A DNA stretch of 64,000 bases from a virus. The translations under genes were made by a program, and so were the position numbers. This document shows, in pieces, positions 1 through 10,422 of the stretch (positions are counted from its first letter, which is position 1; every line of letters starts with the position of its first letter). The stretch covers positions 6,708 through 70,707 of the IMG/VR virus record IMGVR_UViG_3300025646_000030. One strand, 5' to 3'. The notes under the pieces were generated by a model. That model was not told the origin of the DNA. It worked only from the letters and a program-made list of their open reading frames with translations, and made no database searches.

Positions 1-507
1 GCCGGAGCCGGGACGTGGTTCCTGTTTGAGCCGCACTGGCGCAAGGTGCTCGGCGGTGCGCCGGGGATGGCCACCGAGGTCGACTGGAGCGACTTCAACT
101 GCCTGGTGACGCCTTCGCTGTCCGTGGGTGAAATTTTGCAGTGGGACAAGCGACGGATCCCGGGTCCCTCGGCCTCGATTCGCTCACGCCTTCTACGCAC
201 CGCGGCGGAGTTCCAGCGGGTCCGTGAAGCCTGGGGGCGGCCCCTGGGGGTGACGTCTTTTTACCGTCCTGAACCCGTGAATCAGCAGGTGGGCGGGGTG
301 CCGGGCTCGCGTCACGTCACCGGTGAAGCCTTCGACATCTACCCAGTGGACCGCAGCCTGGACAGCTTCTACCAGTGGATTCGGCGCCGGTGGACTGGCG
401 GCCTGGGAGATGGGAGGCCGCGCGGATTTTTGCACCTTGACTGTCGCGGGGGCGGTGGCTTCGTGCCGGGTGCGGGGGTGCGGCCCGCAGCCGAGTGGAA
501 CTACTGA
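1..507 (+). CDS. Endolysin, peptidase M15A family (5' partial)
   Basis: Frame open from base 1; VTSFYR..N..VGG..SRH..GEAFDI and FLHLD Zn-peptidase M15 motifs. Confidence 0.85.
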   Translation, partial: AGAGTWFLFEPHWRKVLGGAPGMATEVDWSDFNCLVTPSLSVGEILQWDKRRIPGPSASIRSRLLRTAAEFQRVREAWGRPLGVTSFYRPEPVNQQVGGVPGSRHVTGEAFDIYPVDRSLDSFYQWIRRRWTGGLGDGRPRGFLHLDCRGGGGFVPGAGVRPAAEWNY

Positions 508-647
508 TGGACGATCGTACTCGGGATAACTGGGCGAAGGTCAAGGCCGCGCTCGAGAAGGCGGGCAAGACCGATTGCGACTTCTACCGGCGCGCTGTGA
601 TGGTAGTGCAGACGGGGCGGGATCCAGGGCCCGCTCTCGGGGATTAA
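507..647 (+). CDS. Small hypothetical protein (46 aa, MDDRTRDNWAKVKAALEKAGKTDCDFYRRA...)
   Basis: TGATG coupling to the endolysin stop; translated by hand. Confidence 0.65.
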   Translation: MDDRTRDNWAKVKAALEKAGKTDCDFYRRAVMVVQTGRDPGPALGD

Positions 648-902
648 GCGTTCTCGAGAGCGGCGACTCGTTGTTCAAGCAGCGTGAGGCGATCAGTGAC
701 TTCCCATCGCCCAGCCGGTGCATTCCAATTCAGGATGTCCTGATCCTGCTTCGTCCCATTTGCCTCGACATCAGGCGGCGGCCGGTGTCAGAGCGCACCA
801 TGATGATTCCGTTGGTGGCCTTGCTGATCACTGCAGCTGCAAGTCGTAGTCGGCTCGCCGCTGCATGTCGGTGATGTTGTACGTGCCGGGTTGGATGCTC
901 AT
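644..902 (-). pseudogene. Relic of tail-associated gene(s)
   Basis: MSIQPGTYNITDMQRRADYDLQLQ stops after 24 codons; downstream fragments VISKATNGIIMVRSDTGRRL and DVEANGTKQDQDILNWNAPAGRWE...LEQRVAALENA* lie in different frames. Confidence 0.5.
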
Positions 903-904
903 AA

Positions 905-1057
905 TTACGGTATGGGAAGCGGTACTATAAGTTCGTCGCCGGCTTCTGTGGTTAACTGATCATTAGCCTCTGTGTACAGCAGTGCATAGTAAATAGTCCT
1001 TTGCACACTAGCTGCGGCACTGACAATAGCGCTTAGGCGTGTAGCGGATAGTCGCAT
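905..1057 (-). CDS. Small virion-associated protein (50 aa)
   Basis: TAATG coupling; LLYTEANDQLTTEAGDEL resembles LLTESGDTFITQSGDTL in the 8887-10011 tail protein. Confidence 0.55.
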   Translation of the reverse strand: MRLSATRLSAIVSAAASVQRTIYYALLYTEANDQLTTEAGDELIVPLPIP

Positions 1058-1380
1058 TAGACTAACTCCGTTATTTCTAGCGTTCCATCAGTAAGGCCAT
1101 TGCGGATAATGGCGATATGAGGTGTTTGAGGTAGTGCGATATCGATACGTTCACCTTCTGCTATAAAGTGACTACTGCTTGACGCTGTTTGCGCAGTACT
1201 TCCTACACTGTAGCGAATATCTGCATTTACAGCCCGCATGCTCAAGCGACGACATGTGGCTGTTAGCTCGGTATTTGTGCTACTACTACCTGCAGCTAAT
1301 TGACGCGCTACAGCTGGTACACCTAGGGGTTCGACATACACTTCTGTGTAGCGATCTCCTGCGACAATTTTCTGAGTCAT
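1057..1380 (-). CDS. Hypothetical, probably structural beta-rich protein
   Basis: 107-aa ORF with an upstream TAGACT box. Confidence 0.65.
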   Translation of the reverse strand: MTQKIVAGDRYTEVYVEPLGVPAVARQLAAGSSSTNTELTATCRRLSMRAVNADIRYSVGSTAQTASSSSHFIAEGERIDIALPQTPHIAIIRNGLTDGTLEITELV

Positions 1381-1413
1381 AGCTAAGCCTCCGCAACCCA
1401 GTCTACGCCTGCT

Positions 1414-1722
1414 TCACCTCGTGGCGTTGCGGAGTGCAGCCTTGATGGGACTGTAGAGCGCAACTACCTGATCGATCTGGCGCGCCGTGGCCGGGTTGCC
1501 GGTGGCCTGGGCGATGGTCGAGGCGATCTCGGCAGTCATGACCTCGGGGTCAGCCGTGCGCAGCAGCGTCGGCATTTCGTCGTCGAGGCGCTCGTAGATG
1601 TAGGGCAGTGCGCGCTTGAGGGGGCGTTCGATCGCGGCGGTCGCCAGGGGTTTGATCACGGCCTCGGTGATGCCCATCACCAGGAAGGCAATCAGGCCGT
1701 CAATCAGGGTGCGGAGAGACAT
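1414..1722 (-). CDS. Hypothetical membrane protein (lysis module)
   Basis: Likely start MSLRTLIDGLIAFLVMGIT; N-terminal hydrophobic helix. Confidence 0.65.
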   Translation of the reverse strand: MSLRTLIDGLIAFLVMGITEAVIKPLATAAIERPLKRALPYIYERLDDEMPTLLRTADPEVMTAEIASTIAQATGNPATARQIDQVVALYSPIKAALRNATR

Positions 1723-1726
1723 GAGG

Positions 1727-1975
1727 TCAGCGGGTAGGTGGATCATTGCGCCGGCGTGTACCCGAGCTCGGGGTGTTGGGGGAGTCGGTGATGTAGGCCC
1801 ACATGGTTGAGGCGGCACCGCCGGCGACGGTGAAGGCTTGGGTCCATGAGGAGCCGCACTCGCCGGGTTTGCGGAGCTCGCAGGCAGCGACACCTGCGGA
1901 TGCCATCACGAGCATGTAGCCGTAGCAGCCGACCAGGAGGCGAAGAACCAGGGCTGTTACGGCGGGGTGATTCAT
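1727..1975 (-). CDS. Putative holin (2 TM)
   Basis: Two hydrophobic helices and a basic C-terminus, near the endolysin. Confidence 0.55.
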   Translation of the reverse strand: MNHPAVTALVLRLLVGCYGYMLVMASAGVAACELRKPGECGSSWTQAFTVAGGAASTMWAYITDSPNTPSSGTRRRNDPPTR

Positions 1976-2214
1976 TGTTTTGCCTCGAGCGTGGTGACAC
2001 GTCGATCGAGATCACTGAGCAGGCTGTAGGTTTGCCTTCGGTCTTCCTTGATGTCGACGTGGATTTCTTCGAGACGGGTGGCTACGGCCTCGACGGCGGT
2101 TGTGAGCCTGATTACGGTGTCACGCCCTTCACGCGAACGACTGAAGGCGCTGCCGATACCCATGGCACCGATGGTGAGGGAGGCGCCTACCGCGGCAGCA
2201 GCGACTTCAATCAC
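1972..2214 (-). CDS. TM plus coiled-coil protein (lysis-associated)
   Basis: N-terminal TM followed by heptad pattern; ATGA overlap. Confidence 0.65.
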   Translation of the reverse strand: MIEVAAAAVGASLTIGAMGIGSAFSRSREGRDTVIRLTTAVEAVATRLEEIHVDIKEDRRQTYSLLSDLDRRVTTLEAKQ

Positions 2215-2265
2215 GGATGGCCGGGTGGGGCTACTTGTTCAGAGTAGCGAGGGGCCGTTCTCGGG

Positions 2266-2397
2266 TTAGTGGCCTTGGCCGCGCAGAAGTTTCCGGCTCC
2301 CACGCGGCCTACTGTGCTGCCCGTTGCCTTGGCGCGTCTTCTTGCGCTTAGGGATTACTTCAACTTTGCTGGTTCCGCTCTTAGCGCGTACTGCCAT
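2266..2397 (-). CDS. Small basic protein (KKTRQG...RGQG type)
   Basis: Translated by hand: MAVRAKSGTSKVEVIPKRKKTRQGNGQHSRPRGSRKLLRGQGH. Confidence 0.65.
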   Translation of the reverse strand: MAVRAKSGTSKVEVIPKRKKTRQGNGQHSRPRGSRKLLRGQGH

Positions 2398-2632
2398 TTC
2401 CTTTGTTCAGTTCTTGTAGAAGATACTGCCTAAGCGCTCGATCGGCTGGTGTCGGATTAGGCTTCAGGTCGATTTCAAGGATGCGCAGTTTGAGCTGTTT
2501 GGCGTAGTACTCCTCTAGCTGCGCCTTCACCTCTGCGCTCTTGGCGTAGCGCGTCTCAATTGCGATAGTGGTGCCCACGATTGCCGTGAGCACCGCGAGA
2601 ACGGCACCGGCTGTAGCCAGGTGCCGCTCCAT
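2381..2632 (-). CDS. TM plus coiled-coil protein
   Basis: MERHLATAGAVLAVLTAIVG helix; TAATG coupling. Confidence 0.6.
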   Translation of the reverse strand: MERHLATAGAVLAVLTAIVGTTIAIETRYAKSAEVKAQLEEYYAKQLKLRILEIDLKPNPTPADRALRQYLLQELNKGNGSTR

Positions 2633-2970
2633 TAGCTCCACGGCACGCCTGCGCTATGGGTGGGTGCGAGTTTTTCTGAGATCTGCTGGTCGAGTGCAGC
2701 CTCGATCTCGGCTACCTTCTCATCGCCGAAGTGCGCCGTCACCCAGCCGACCACGGTCTCCTCGGTCAGCTGCGCGTAGGGCGTGCCGGTGTCAGGTGTT
2801 GGTGGCTCCAATCCGATGCTGCCGTAGGCGCCAGCCTGCTCGCCATCCTTGAAGCGGGTGACGGTGTAGTGGACGGTGTAGACAGTGCCGAGATCATCGA
2901 GCTTGCGCTCCATGTTGGCGACTTTCCACACGGTGAAGGGAAAGTCGATGCCGGGTTTGGGATCAGCCAT
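2632..2970 (-). CDS. Tail-fibre-associated small protein
   Basis: W.VANMER...VYTVHY...Y..LTEE.V.GWV...GVPW pattern, directly downstream of the fibre gene. Confidence 0.7.
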   Translation of the reverse strand: MADPKPGIDFPFTVWKVANMERKLDDLGTVYTVHYTVTRFKDGEQAGAYGSIGLEPPTPDTGTPYAQLTEETVVGWVTAHFGDEKVAEIEAALDQQISEKLAPTHSAGVPWS

Positions 2971-3029
2971 TGGCGTTGTGGTGATGGGGTGAGATTAGCT
3001 GGGGTGAGTAGTGAAGGGGACTTCTCTCG

Positions 3030-4217
3030 TTACCAAGTAGACAGCGCAGAGCGCTTCCATGTGTTGGTGGCAGTACAAACGTAGATGTAGCTTGTGTCCC
3101 AGCAGATCTCACCAGCGGTTCCAGTGTCTGTTGCGGATGCAGGGGTTTTTGCAATTGCAATCCTAATGCGATTGTCATTCACTTGAAGAAGTGCGCCGCC
3201 ACTATTGCTGGCTGTGCCGATCAATACTCGCCCAGACGTGTCAATTCTTAATCTCTCCGTGCTATTTGTCCCAATAAACAGCGGAGAGTTGGTAACTGTA
3301 GACAAATAGCCATAATTATTACCAGCGGCCATGTTGATTTGCGTATTTGTCCCACCTCCACCGCCAAGATACTCTCCAACGAATCCACCAATGCTACTAC
3401 CTGCGCCTGTGTCATTCGTCCGACTTCTAATCAATTGCGAACCAGTTTTTTGGCAGTCGAGGATATAACCTGGGCTCGTAGTTCCAATCCCCACGAGCCC
3501 TGCCGATGTGATGCGCAGGCGCTCTTGAGGCGCATCATTAGCCGCTGCGCCGGGGTTGGTTTCAAATGCTAGATAGCCGCCGATTGTATCGTTAGAGGGT
3601 GTACCACTGACTACAGAGTCGATGCGTGCGGTATTGATAAAACGGTCTCCATCGTAGGCAGAGAAAATCAAGGAGCCAACATTGTCGCCAGAACTAACAA
3701 TTGCAGGCTCATCCTGTGTCCCTCTTGCGCGTTGCAGATGTGTTGATGGTGCATTTGTCCCACTTGTGAAACGTGTTATTGCTACACCGCTTATCCCTTC
3801 ACTTTCTATTTGAAGATTTACTGCCGCTTCCGTATTTGCAAATGCCGATTGCCTACTGGTATCGGTGCCAATAAGTACGCGATCATTAGGTACAGTCAAC
3901 GTCGAATCCAGCGTCGTTGCACCAGTCACGTCAAGCGTGCCAGGTACATCAATGTTGCTGGTCCACTCAACGCCAAAACCAGAAGCATCCGTCTGCAGCA
4001 GCTGGCGGGCAGCACCGTCCTGCAGCTTGCTGACCGGCAGCTCGCTGATCGTCGCAGTGCCGTCATCAGCAACATTTACATCACCGCTGATGACGCTAAC
4101 GATTTGACCGGCGGTTGCTTTTTTGGTTGTGTCGTCAGTGACATCAACAACTGGCACCAGGTCGGCACTTGCTGCACTGGCTAGTGCCCCGAGCTCGGTG
4201 ATTTTGACGTTGGCCAT
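3030..4217 (-). CDS. Tail fibre protein
   Basis: MANVKITEL N-terminus; repeated ERLRI(T/D)xxGxVxIGT motifs; GEICWD..YIYVC...WKR end. Confidence 0.8.
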   Translation of the reverse strand: MANVKITELGALASAASADLVPVVDVTDDTTKKATAGQIVSVISGDVNVADDGTATISELPVSKLQDGAARQLLQTDASGFGVEWTSNIDVPGTLDVTGATTLDSTLTVPNDRVLIGTDTSRQSAFANTEAAVNLQIESEGISGVAITRFTSGTNAPSTHLQRARGTQDEPAIVSSGDNVGSLIFSAYDGDRFINTARIDSVVSGTPSNDTIGGYLAFETNPGAAANDAPQERLRITSAGLVGIGTTSPGYILDCQKTGSQLIRSRTNDTGAGSSIGGFVGEYLGGGGGTNTQINMAAGNNYGYLSTVTNSPLFIGTNSTERLRIDTSGRVLIGTASNSGGALLQVNDNRIRIAIAKTPASATDTGTAGEICWDTSYIYVCTATNTWKRSALSTW

Positions 4218-4259
4218 GGTCGCGAAGATGTTGAAGGTACTGTAGCTGCGGCGGGATTG

Positions 4260-7200
4260 TCAGATCTTGACGTCTCTCGAGAGCGTCACCGCCTCGATTA
4301 CGTCAATGCCCTTTTTGATAGGGAAGAGCTCAATGTTCAATGGATCAAAATCCTCCAAGGCTCCAACCTCGCCGGGGTTGCTGGGGATGCCTACCGACAC
4401 ATCAGGAGCGGAAATCGTTCCGGCACGTCGCAGGAAATAGGGTCGTCTCCATACGGTCGCAGTAAATCCCGCCGGGATTCCTGCAGTGCCTCTTGTGCGG
4501 CGAACTGTGCCGTCTAAAAGCGAGACACTGCCAAAGATGCCCGCGACTCCTTGCCAATGATTGTCTGACACGAGGAACCCAGCGTGCCAGAAAAGGCCGA
4601 ATTGCCCGAAGCCTGGTGTGCCTGCCAAGAAGCCAAGGAAGCCTGGTCCGATTAGCTTCCAGTTGCTGCCGACAGTTGGATCTTCGTCAAGATAGGCAGT
4701 TGTGCTCGGGGGAGTTGTGGGGTTCCACCCGTCACGATAGGCAAGCGCGTTGTTGACAACATGTATGTTGTTCCATGTGTAGTTATAGTCTGCGTCAGCG
4801 CCAGTGCCGCCGCTCGTTTCCCTAGTGCCTCCTAGTGAGATGCTCGTAGTGGGTGACGCTTCATTTTTTGAAACGGCAGCAATAAAGCTCTCGTGATGCC
4901 CTGTCAACGTATAGCTTGACTGGCCCTGATAGACAGGGGCTCCCGCTAAGTCCGACGAGATACGCGCGTTTCCGATAATCCATATCCCCCTAAAGGTCGA
5001 TTGTTTGTCGCTGATGCCTATAACAGAATCAATCCGAGTAGTATTGTTGAATTGACTTGAAGGCGCTACTGCGTCAAACGCGCAGTTGATAACATCAAGC
5101 TCGGCCCTGGCTTCTATGCAGCTCAAACCAAAAAGATAGTCCCACGTAGCACTGGTTTCTGTTTCGAGTTTTTTGTCCATTTCAGCTTTGATGAAATAGT
5201 TCAAAGCGTTATCCGGATCGGACGTTGCAGCGGCCCTAATAGCAGATAGATCCACTCCTGTGTTTACAGAGAAGAATGAATCAGGGACATTTGCATTGAC
5301 CAGTGCCTCGACTGCGCTGAGCCAGACAATTCCAATCACAGTAGCCTCCTGCTCAAATATAAAACGTAGAGGCCGGAATTGATAAAATGCCCTAGAAGGA
5401 CTGTAGCCGTAAACGACGCTTGGCCGCACCAAGAAAATCGGATGCTTGGTGCCGTCGGTCAGATATGCCCTTGTTTGATTCCACGCTTTTCCGCGTTCAC
5501 CACCAGCGTCTTGCTGGTCCATAAACGGTTGCGTGCCGTTATCTTCATCGCCGCACAGATAGGTGCGGGCTGTGTAGTCCCAACTGCGGACACGTACTTT
5601 ACAGGTCAGACTTAAATTGCCAGTCTCTAGGTAGTAGCCGGGACCGAGGCGAAGCTCGACAGTTTCGTTTGCGCTGTAGGTTGCGTTGATGTATCCGACC
5701 GCCTTAACGAGCGACTTCGCCGGTTGGTTTTTGCTACTGCTCCAGCTTGAACCGTCCCAAGACAGATTGGAGGTGGGAGGTTCTTCTAGCAATTGCGCGA
5801 CATTTGCATCGCGCCCGTTCACTGGATCAACATAAACGTATTGGATGCCTTCGCGGGCACTGATGAACCTATTGTAAGACTTCCAGTATTCAAGGCCGAC
5901 GACATTAACCGCATTATTGTTGCCAGGGGCATTCACCTGATTGTTGCTTGTCGCGGCCAGCCCTGCGCGATAATCCGCCAGTTGAGCGTAGTAAACACCG
6001 CCGAGGCTATCAGTCTTTGCAGCCTCAATGTCGGGCAAGCCCTTTTCGATCTTGCCATTGACAACCAGGTTCTCGACAGTCATCGTATCGGTGACTTCAA
6101 GATTCTCGAAAGACGTTTTTTCTGCAAGCTCGATAGAACTCGTTCCGATCGAGCTAACAGTCAGCGTGGATCCGGTCTCGATGTCTTCAAGGCCGCGCGG
6201 TGTAATGTTGAAGCCATTCTCGTTGCTACCTTGTGGAACAACGCGGCCGCCGTTCTCGCTGGTGAAGTAGTAGGTGAAGGCGTTCTGCGCACCGAGATCT
6301 TGCTGCGCAGCAGGAACCGCCTTGCTGTAGTTCAAGAAACCAGCCCACTCCCACGCATGGCCATACAGTCGCAACATGCTCGGGCGGCGAAATTCAATGG
6401 CCCAGTTGCCTCGGCCTGTTGCGGCGCCGCCACTTGGGGCATTGGGGAAGTCAACGGGATTTGCTGGATCCAGCAGGCGGCCGTTCTCGGCCTGCGGCAC
6501 AAGTGCTGCGTGGGCTTGATTGCTGGTCAAACCCAAGGCAACCAAGAAAGCGTGGACGCCTTTGTAGTCCGTAGAGCTGCGATATTCGTCATCAGCCCAC
6601 ACGGAGCTCCAGCTGATGCCGAGGCCGGTGCTGTAGGCATCCGTGTCTGTGTCGGTATCAATCGAAATAGTGCGAGCTTCTTCTATGATCGGGTCTTCAG
6701 CGTTGTAGTCGCTAGCTGTATGGACGTAGGTCTCTAGCCACACATCCAAATTTGGAGTGCTTGTGGTGGCGTAGATGTCCTGCGTGGCGACGTAGTGCTT
6801 GAACGCATGGCGGACAACTGCGCCAGAGGGGTAGAAGTTACCTGATGCGTAAACTTCGCTCGGTGCTGCGCGGCGAATCGTAAACTCGGCCGAGGTGGGA
6901 AAACCGGTCTCAGTGCCAGCGCCGCTGTTGCTGACAATGAAAATCTCTGGCCCAGTCGTTGTCAGCTCGCGGCTGATCGCACCATTGGTACGGTCCGGAT
7001 TGGTTTGAAGGATGAAGTTCCGCTGAGGCAGCCGGGCAGAAGCTGTGTTGTTGGCAAGCAGCATCACGCGCCGTTCGTCGGGCGTCCGCGTGTCAACCAG
7101 TCGGCGCAGATAGATGCGCTTGCCGATTAGCTGATCAATGTCATCCTGCGTTGTCGGATCCGTACCTGCGAATGCTGCCGTGATTTTGATCTCATTCGCG

Positions 7201-8846
7201 GATGATGCGTTCCATGCACTGCTGCTGAGTGGCGCGTACCACGGGTCGCCAAACGGGTTCTCGGCCCAGATGTAGGTGCCGCTAGCAAGGCTGTAGCCGT
7301 CTTGCAGAAGGATCGCTGGAACAGTCGCGGACGCTGCATCTGCTGCGAGCTCGCTTGTCAGCGTGATTTTGCTTGCAGTGGCAGACTGGATTGTGCCGAG
7401 ATAGATGTAACGGATATTGCCTGTCTTGTATTGCAGGTCCAAAGGCACCTTGATGCCGCTAATGGACCAGTTGCGGTCGCTCGGGAACGCGGTGGTTTTG
7501 TAACCCTTGCTATAGGCAGCGCAGCCGCCAAACGAGGAGTTGCTGTTGGTGACTGTAATCTCGCCACCGAGATCGGTGAAGTGATGAATGCCTTGGCCGA
7601 TGGCAAAGACTGAGACCTCCTGAATGAAAGCGTCTCTGATTGCGCTGATGTGTCGCGACAGCCGCGCGGGCTTCATGCGAACACTATCTGGATCAGTTGA
7701 GATGTATTGCTCGTAAGTTGGAGTGACCCAACTGCCGCCAGAGTAGATCTGCCAGCAGGACATGTCCTTCTGCAGGCTGACGCCAGTGAAGTTGGCGCAG
7801 ACCATGGACTTGAGACCTTGGACCTTGGAGCCATCCATGAAGGCTCCGCCCATGCCATAGTCCGAACGGACTGAGCAGTTGAAGATGTAGGGTGATGCCG
7901 AAGCGGTGGTATCCCAGGCCGCCGTGGGCGCCTGCGTGCGGTCGATCGGACCGACGATCTGATACTCCGTGCCGCGCGTGACAGCCAGCGCAGCAGCGAG
8001 GTCAGCACCAGAACCTACGGCGCTGAGCACCTTGGCGTAGAAGTCGTCGAGCTCGGCTTTGCTGGCGAAGTGGAAGCCGTCAAGTAGGTGGTGGCTTCGA
8101 GCTTCCCCGATTTTGTCCATCAGGGTGAAGCCGAAGAAATAACCAGTGCCGGTGATCTTCAGCATCCCGCGCCGGTTGCTGTAGTCCGCTGCTTCGTCGG
8201 ACGTTGCAGGAACCCAGTTCGGGCGGATTGTGGTCTTGCGCAGATCCGGCCCACACAGGGAACAACCACGAGGCAGCAGCACACCGCCGACGGTGGCGGG
8301 GTTGAACTTGATCAGTGCTTCGGTGGTCGGATCCTTGGACAGGCCCCAACTTGTGATGCTGGTGCTGGCCTGACCAGGATCGTTATAGAGCGTGTGGACG
8401 CCAGTGCTGAGCACGATGCTCACGCAGTCAACGTGCGCTCTCGGGTCGGTGTAGGTGTACCAGTCCTTGCTGGTGATGATCGCCGCCTCGATCACGGCGC
8501 GGTTGATCGTCTTGAACGGACGCTGCGGGGTGTAGCCACAAGTGAGACGCTGCTTCTCCAGGCGCTTCAGCTTGCTGGCGATGATCTCTTCGTCTGTGGC
8601 GCCAGCCTCGTATTCGTTGTAGGCCCCACCGACGAACTCATCGCTGCCGGTGTAGGGGTTGACGTAGAGCGTGAAAGGCGCGTTAAGCGGGTCGGCTTGG
8701 CCGTCTGTGCCGGGGAAGACCGCCGCGTTGCCGACGATCTGCTTCATCATGTCGGTCAGGGCCGCGATCTGACCGCGAAACTCGCCCTGACTGGCGTTGA
8801 TGTCGCTCAGCGAACCGCTGTCACCTGCAAATTCGAGACTGGTCAC
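4260..8846 (-). CDS. Large tail spike/fibre-like virion protein (1528 aa)
   Basis: LYVNP/YVYVDP..G.D...P.K(T/S) beta-helix-type starts; LPRGCSL.G.DLRKT motif; position in the tail module. Confidence 0.75.
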   Translation of the reverse strand: MTSLEFAGDSGSLSDINASQGEFRGQIAALTDMMKQIVGNAAVFPGTDGQADPLNAPFTLYVNPYTGSDEFVGGAYNEYEAGATDEEIIASKLKRLEKQRLTCGYTPQRPFKTINRAVIEAAIITSKDWYTYTDPRAHVDCVSIVLSTGVHTLYNDPGQASTSITSWGLSKDPTTEALIKFNPATVGGVLLPRGCSLCGPDLRKTTIRPNWVPATSDEAADYSNRRGMLKITGTGYFFGFTLMDKIGEARSHHLLDGFHFASKAELDDFYAKVLSAVGSGADLAAALAVTRGTEYQIVGPIDRTQAPTAAWDTTASASPYIFNCSVRSDYGMGGAFMDGSKVQGLKSMVCANFTGVSLQKDMSCWQIYSGGSWVTPTYEQYISTDPDSVRMKPARLSRHISAIRDAFIQEVSVFAIGQGIHHFTDLGGEITVTNSNSSFGGCAAYSKGYKTTAFPSDRNWSISGIKVPLDLQYKTGNIRYIYLGTIQSATASKITLTSELAADAASATVPAILLQDGYSLASGTYIWAENPFGDPWYAPLSSSAWNASSANEIKITAAFAGTDPTTQDDIDQLIGKRIYLRRLVDTRTPDERRVMLLANNTASARLPQRNFILQTNPDRTNGAISRELTTTGPEIFIVSNSGAGTETGFPTSAEFTIRRAAPSEVYASGNFYPSGAVVRHAFKHYVATQDIYATTSTPNLDVWLETYVHTASDYNAEDPIIEEARTISIDTDTDTDAYSTGLGISWSSVWADDEYRSSTDYKGVHAFLVALGLTSNQAHAALVPQAENGRLLDPANPVDFPNAPSGGAATGRGNWAIEFRRPSMLRLYGHAWEWAGFLNYSKAVPAAQQDLGAQNAFTYYFTSENGGRVVPQGSNENGFNITPRGLEDIETGSTLTVSSIGTSSIELAEKTSFENLEVTDTMTVENLVVNGKIEKGLPDIEAAKTDSLGGVYYAQLADYRAGLAATSNNQVNAPGNNNAVNVVGLEYWKSYNRFISAREGIQYVYVDPVNGRDANVAQLLEEPPTSNLSWDGSSWSSSKNQPAKSLVKAVGYINATYSANETVELRLGPGYYLETGNLSLTCKVRVRSWDYTARTYLCGDEDNGTQPFMDQQDAGGERGKAWNQTRAYLTDGTKHPIFLVRPSVVYGYSPSRAFYQFRPLRFIFEQEATVIGIVWLSAVEALVNANVPDSFFSVNTGVDLSAIRAAATSDPDNALNYFIKAEMDKKLETETSATWDYLFGLSCIEARAELDVINCAFDAVAPSSQFNNTTRIDSVIGISDKQSTFRGIWIIGNARISSDLAGAPVYQGQSSYTLTGHHESFIAAVSKNEASPTTSISLGGTRETSGGTGADADYNYTWNNIHVVNNALAYRDGWNPTTPPSTTAYLDEDPTVGSNWKLIGPGFLGFLAGTPGFGQFGLFWHAGFLVSDNHWQGVAGIFGSVSLLDGTVRRTRGTAGIPAGFTATVWRRPYFLRRAGTISAPDVSVGIPSNPGEVGALEDFDPLNIELFPIKKGIDVIEAVTLSRDVKI

Positions 8847-8886
8847 ACTGCTGCAACGTCAGATGGCCAGAGTCTAGCAACGGTGC

Positions 8887-10011
8887 TTAGCCAGCCAATA
8901 CTTTCAGTTTAATGTCTGAAGTGGCCACGAAATCTGCGGTGCCCGCAATAATGTCAGCCGCCCGTGTGTCGACTCTTGTATTGGTGAGCAAGAGATCGCA
9001 CTGATAGTAAGCAGAACCTGCGATTTGCGGTGCTGGCTCGTTGCGATTCTTGTACAGATAGAACTTAGCGTTTGTGTTGCTTTGGTTCTCCGTCATCAGC
9101 ACCAGGCGCAGCAGTGTCATGGCATCAGCTTCGTTGGCTTGCTGCCGGTGATCCACCAAGAACTGGAGCGTGCCGGAGCCGCGCACCAGAGCCTTGACGT
9201 TCTCGCCAAAGGTTTCACCGATAGCTGTGATGTCGAGGCTGGTGGCATCGACGTTCAGCGCCCACTCAGTAAGCTCACACTGCATCAGCCACTGACGATC
9301 AGGCGCGAACAGCGGCGAAAGGCCAAAGAGCCCGTCGAGGTTTTGTTCAGAGTTGGAAAGGGTGAGCGGCTCCAGGGATGCAGCAGCCGCATTTAGCGCC
9401 GCCGTGTAGCCGCTGTTGGAGTTGTAGGCGGCAAGTATGAAGTTTGTGCAGTTTACTTTTTTGAGCGCAATGCCAGCGCTTATGTCGTTAGCGTAAGCTG
9501 CCGCTTCGGTTGAAAACAGCGTAATGCGGTCTAGCTCATCGCGGTAGATATAAGCATCAAAGGTGGTTGTCAGTCCGGTAGTTGCACTGGTGTTGTAGCG
9601 ATCAATCTCATTTTCTTCGCCTACCGAGAACAGCAACGTGTCACCTGATTGCGTGATAAATGTGTCGCCGCTCTCGGTGAGCAGCGTGTCGTCGTAAACC
9701 TGCTGCTTGTAGAACGGGCTTGCGTCCGTGTCAGCGCCGACGTAAAAAGCGTGCGACGGACCAGACTCCCACTGCGAGCCACGGTACATCGCATGGCCGT
9801 CGGGGCAGTCAGCGTATCCGTCGGCGTTGCCATCCAGCGGTAAGCCGTCTGCGCTAGCCAACGAAATGCGATCACCAGTCCAATAGCCTTGATTGGCCAA
9901 GGAAATCGAGACCGGAGTGGCGCCAATATTCAGGCGAGCCACGCTCATCGCCATGGCTTTCGGCGTCGCCCGGCTCAGCTCCAGAATTCCGCCGTTGCCA
10001 AGGATGGCCAT
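8887..10011 (-). CDS. Minor tail protein
   Basis: Tail-tube-like C-terminal part (WALNVD..LDIT.IG); tail module position. Confidence 0.65.
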   Translation of the reverse strand: MAILGNGGILELSRATPKAMAMSVARLNIGATPVSISLANQGYWTGDRISLASADGLPLDGNADGYADCPDGHAMYRGSQWESGPSHAFYVGADTDASPFYKQQVYDDTLLTESGDTFITQSGDTLLFSVGEENEIDRYNTSATTGLTTTFDAYIYRDELDRITLFSTEAAAYANDISAGIALKKVNCTNFILAAYNSNSGYTAALNAAAASLEPLTLSNSEQNLDGLFGLSPLFAPDRQWLMQCELTEWALNVDATSLDITAIGETFGENVKALVRGSGTLQFLVDHRQQANEADAMTLLRLVLMTENQSNTNAKFYLYKNRNEPAPQIAGSAYYQCDLLLTNTRVDTRAADIIAGTADFVATSDIKLKVLAG

Positions 10012-10409
10012 CAGAAGGTACCGCTAGGCTTGCCGCTAAAGGTGAACGAAATCGGCACACTGACAAGGTCACCGGCACTGATGCTGGCGCCAGCCTGTGT
10101 AATCAATGCGTCCCCGGTGATGGTCCCAACAGTTGTGCTGGTATCCAGCACCATCGAAAGGGTGTTCAGGGTATCGGAATCGCTCAGCAGTCGATTGATG
10201 ACGTTTGTTGTTGCTACATCGCTCGGGTCATACAGCAGCGTGCCGCTACCTGTTGTCCCACGGATGCCGTAAGCGTATGTCCTATCTGCTTGGCCGATGC
10301 CTGTTGTTTCAAGTGCATCACGCGCGAAAGTGATGCTGACATCACGCACTTTGGCAATAGCGGCGCCCTCGTACCTGAGTTCTGCGGTAGCGCTAGTCTT
10401 AACAGCCAT
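10011..10409 (-). CDS. Tail-tube-like minor tail protein
   Basis: RDALETT.IG..R.Y..G.R..SG.LLYD pattern. Confidence 0.65.
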   Translation of the reverse strand: MAVKTSATAELRYEGAAIAKVRDVSITFARDALETTGIGQADRTYAYGIRGTTGSGTLLYDPSDVATTNVINRLLSDSDTLNTLSMVLDTSTTVGTITGDALITQAGASISAGDLVSVPISFTFSGKPSGTF

Positions 10410-10422
10410 CGGCCTTGGTCTT

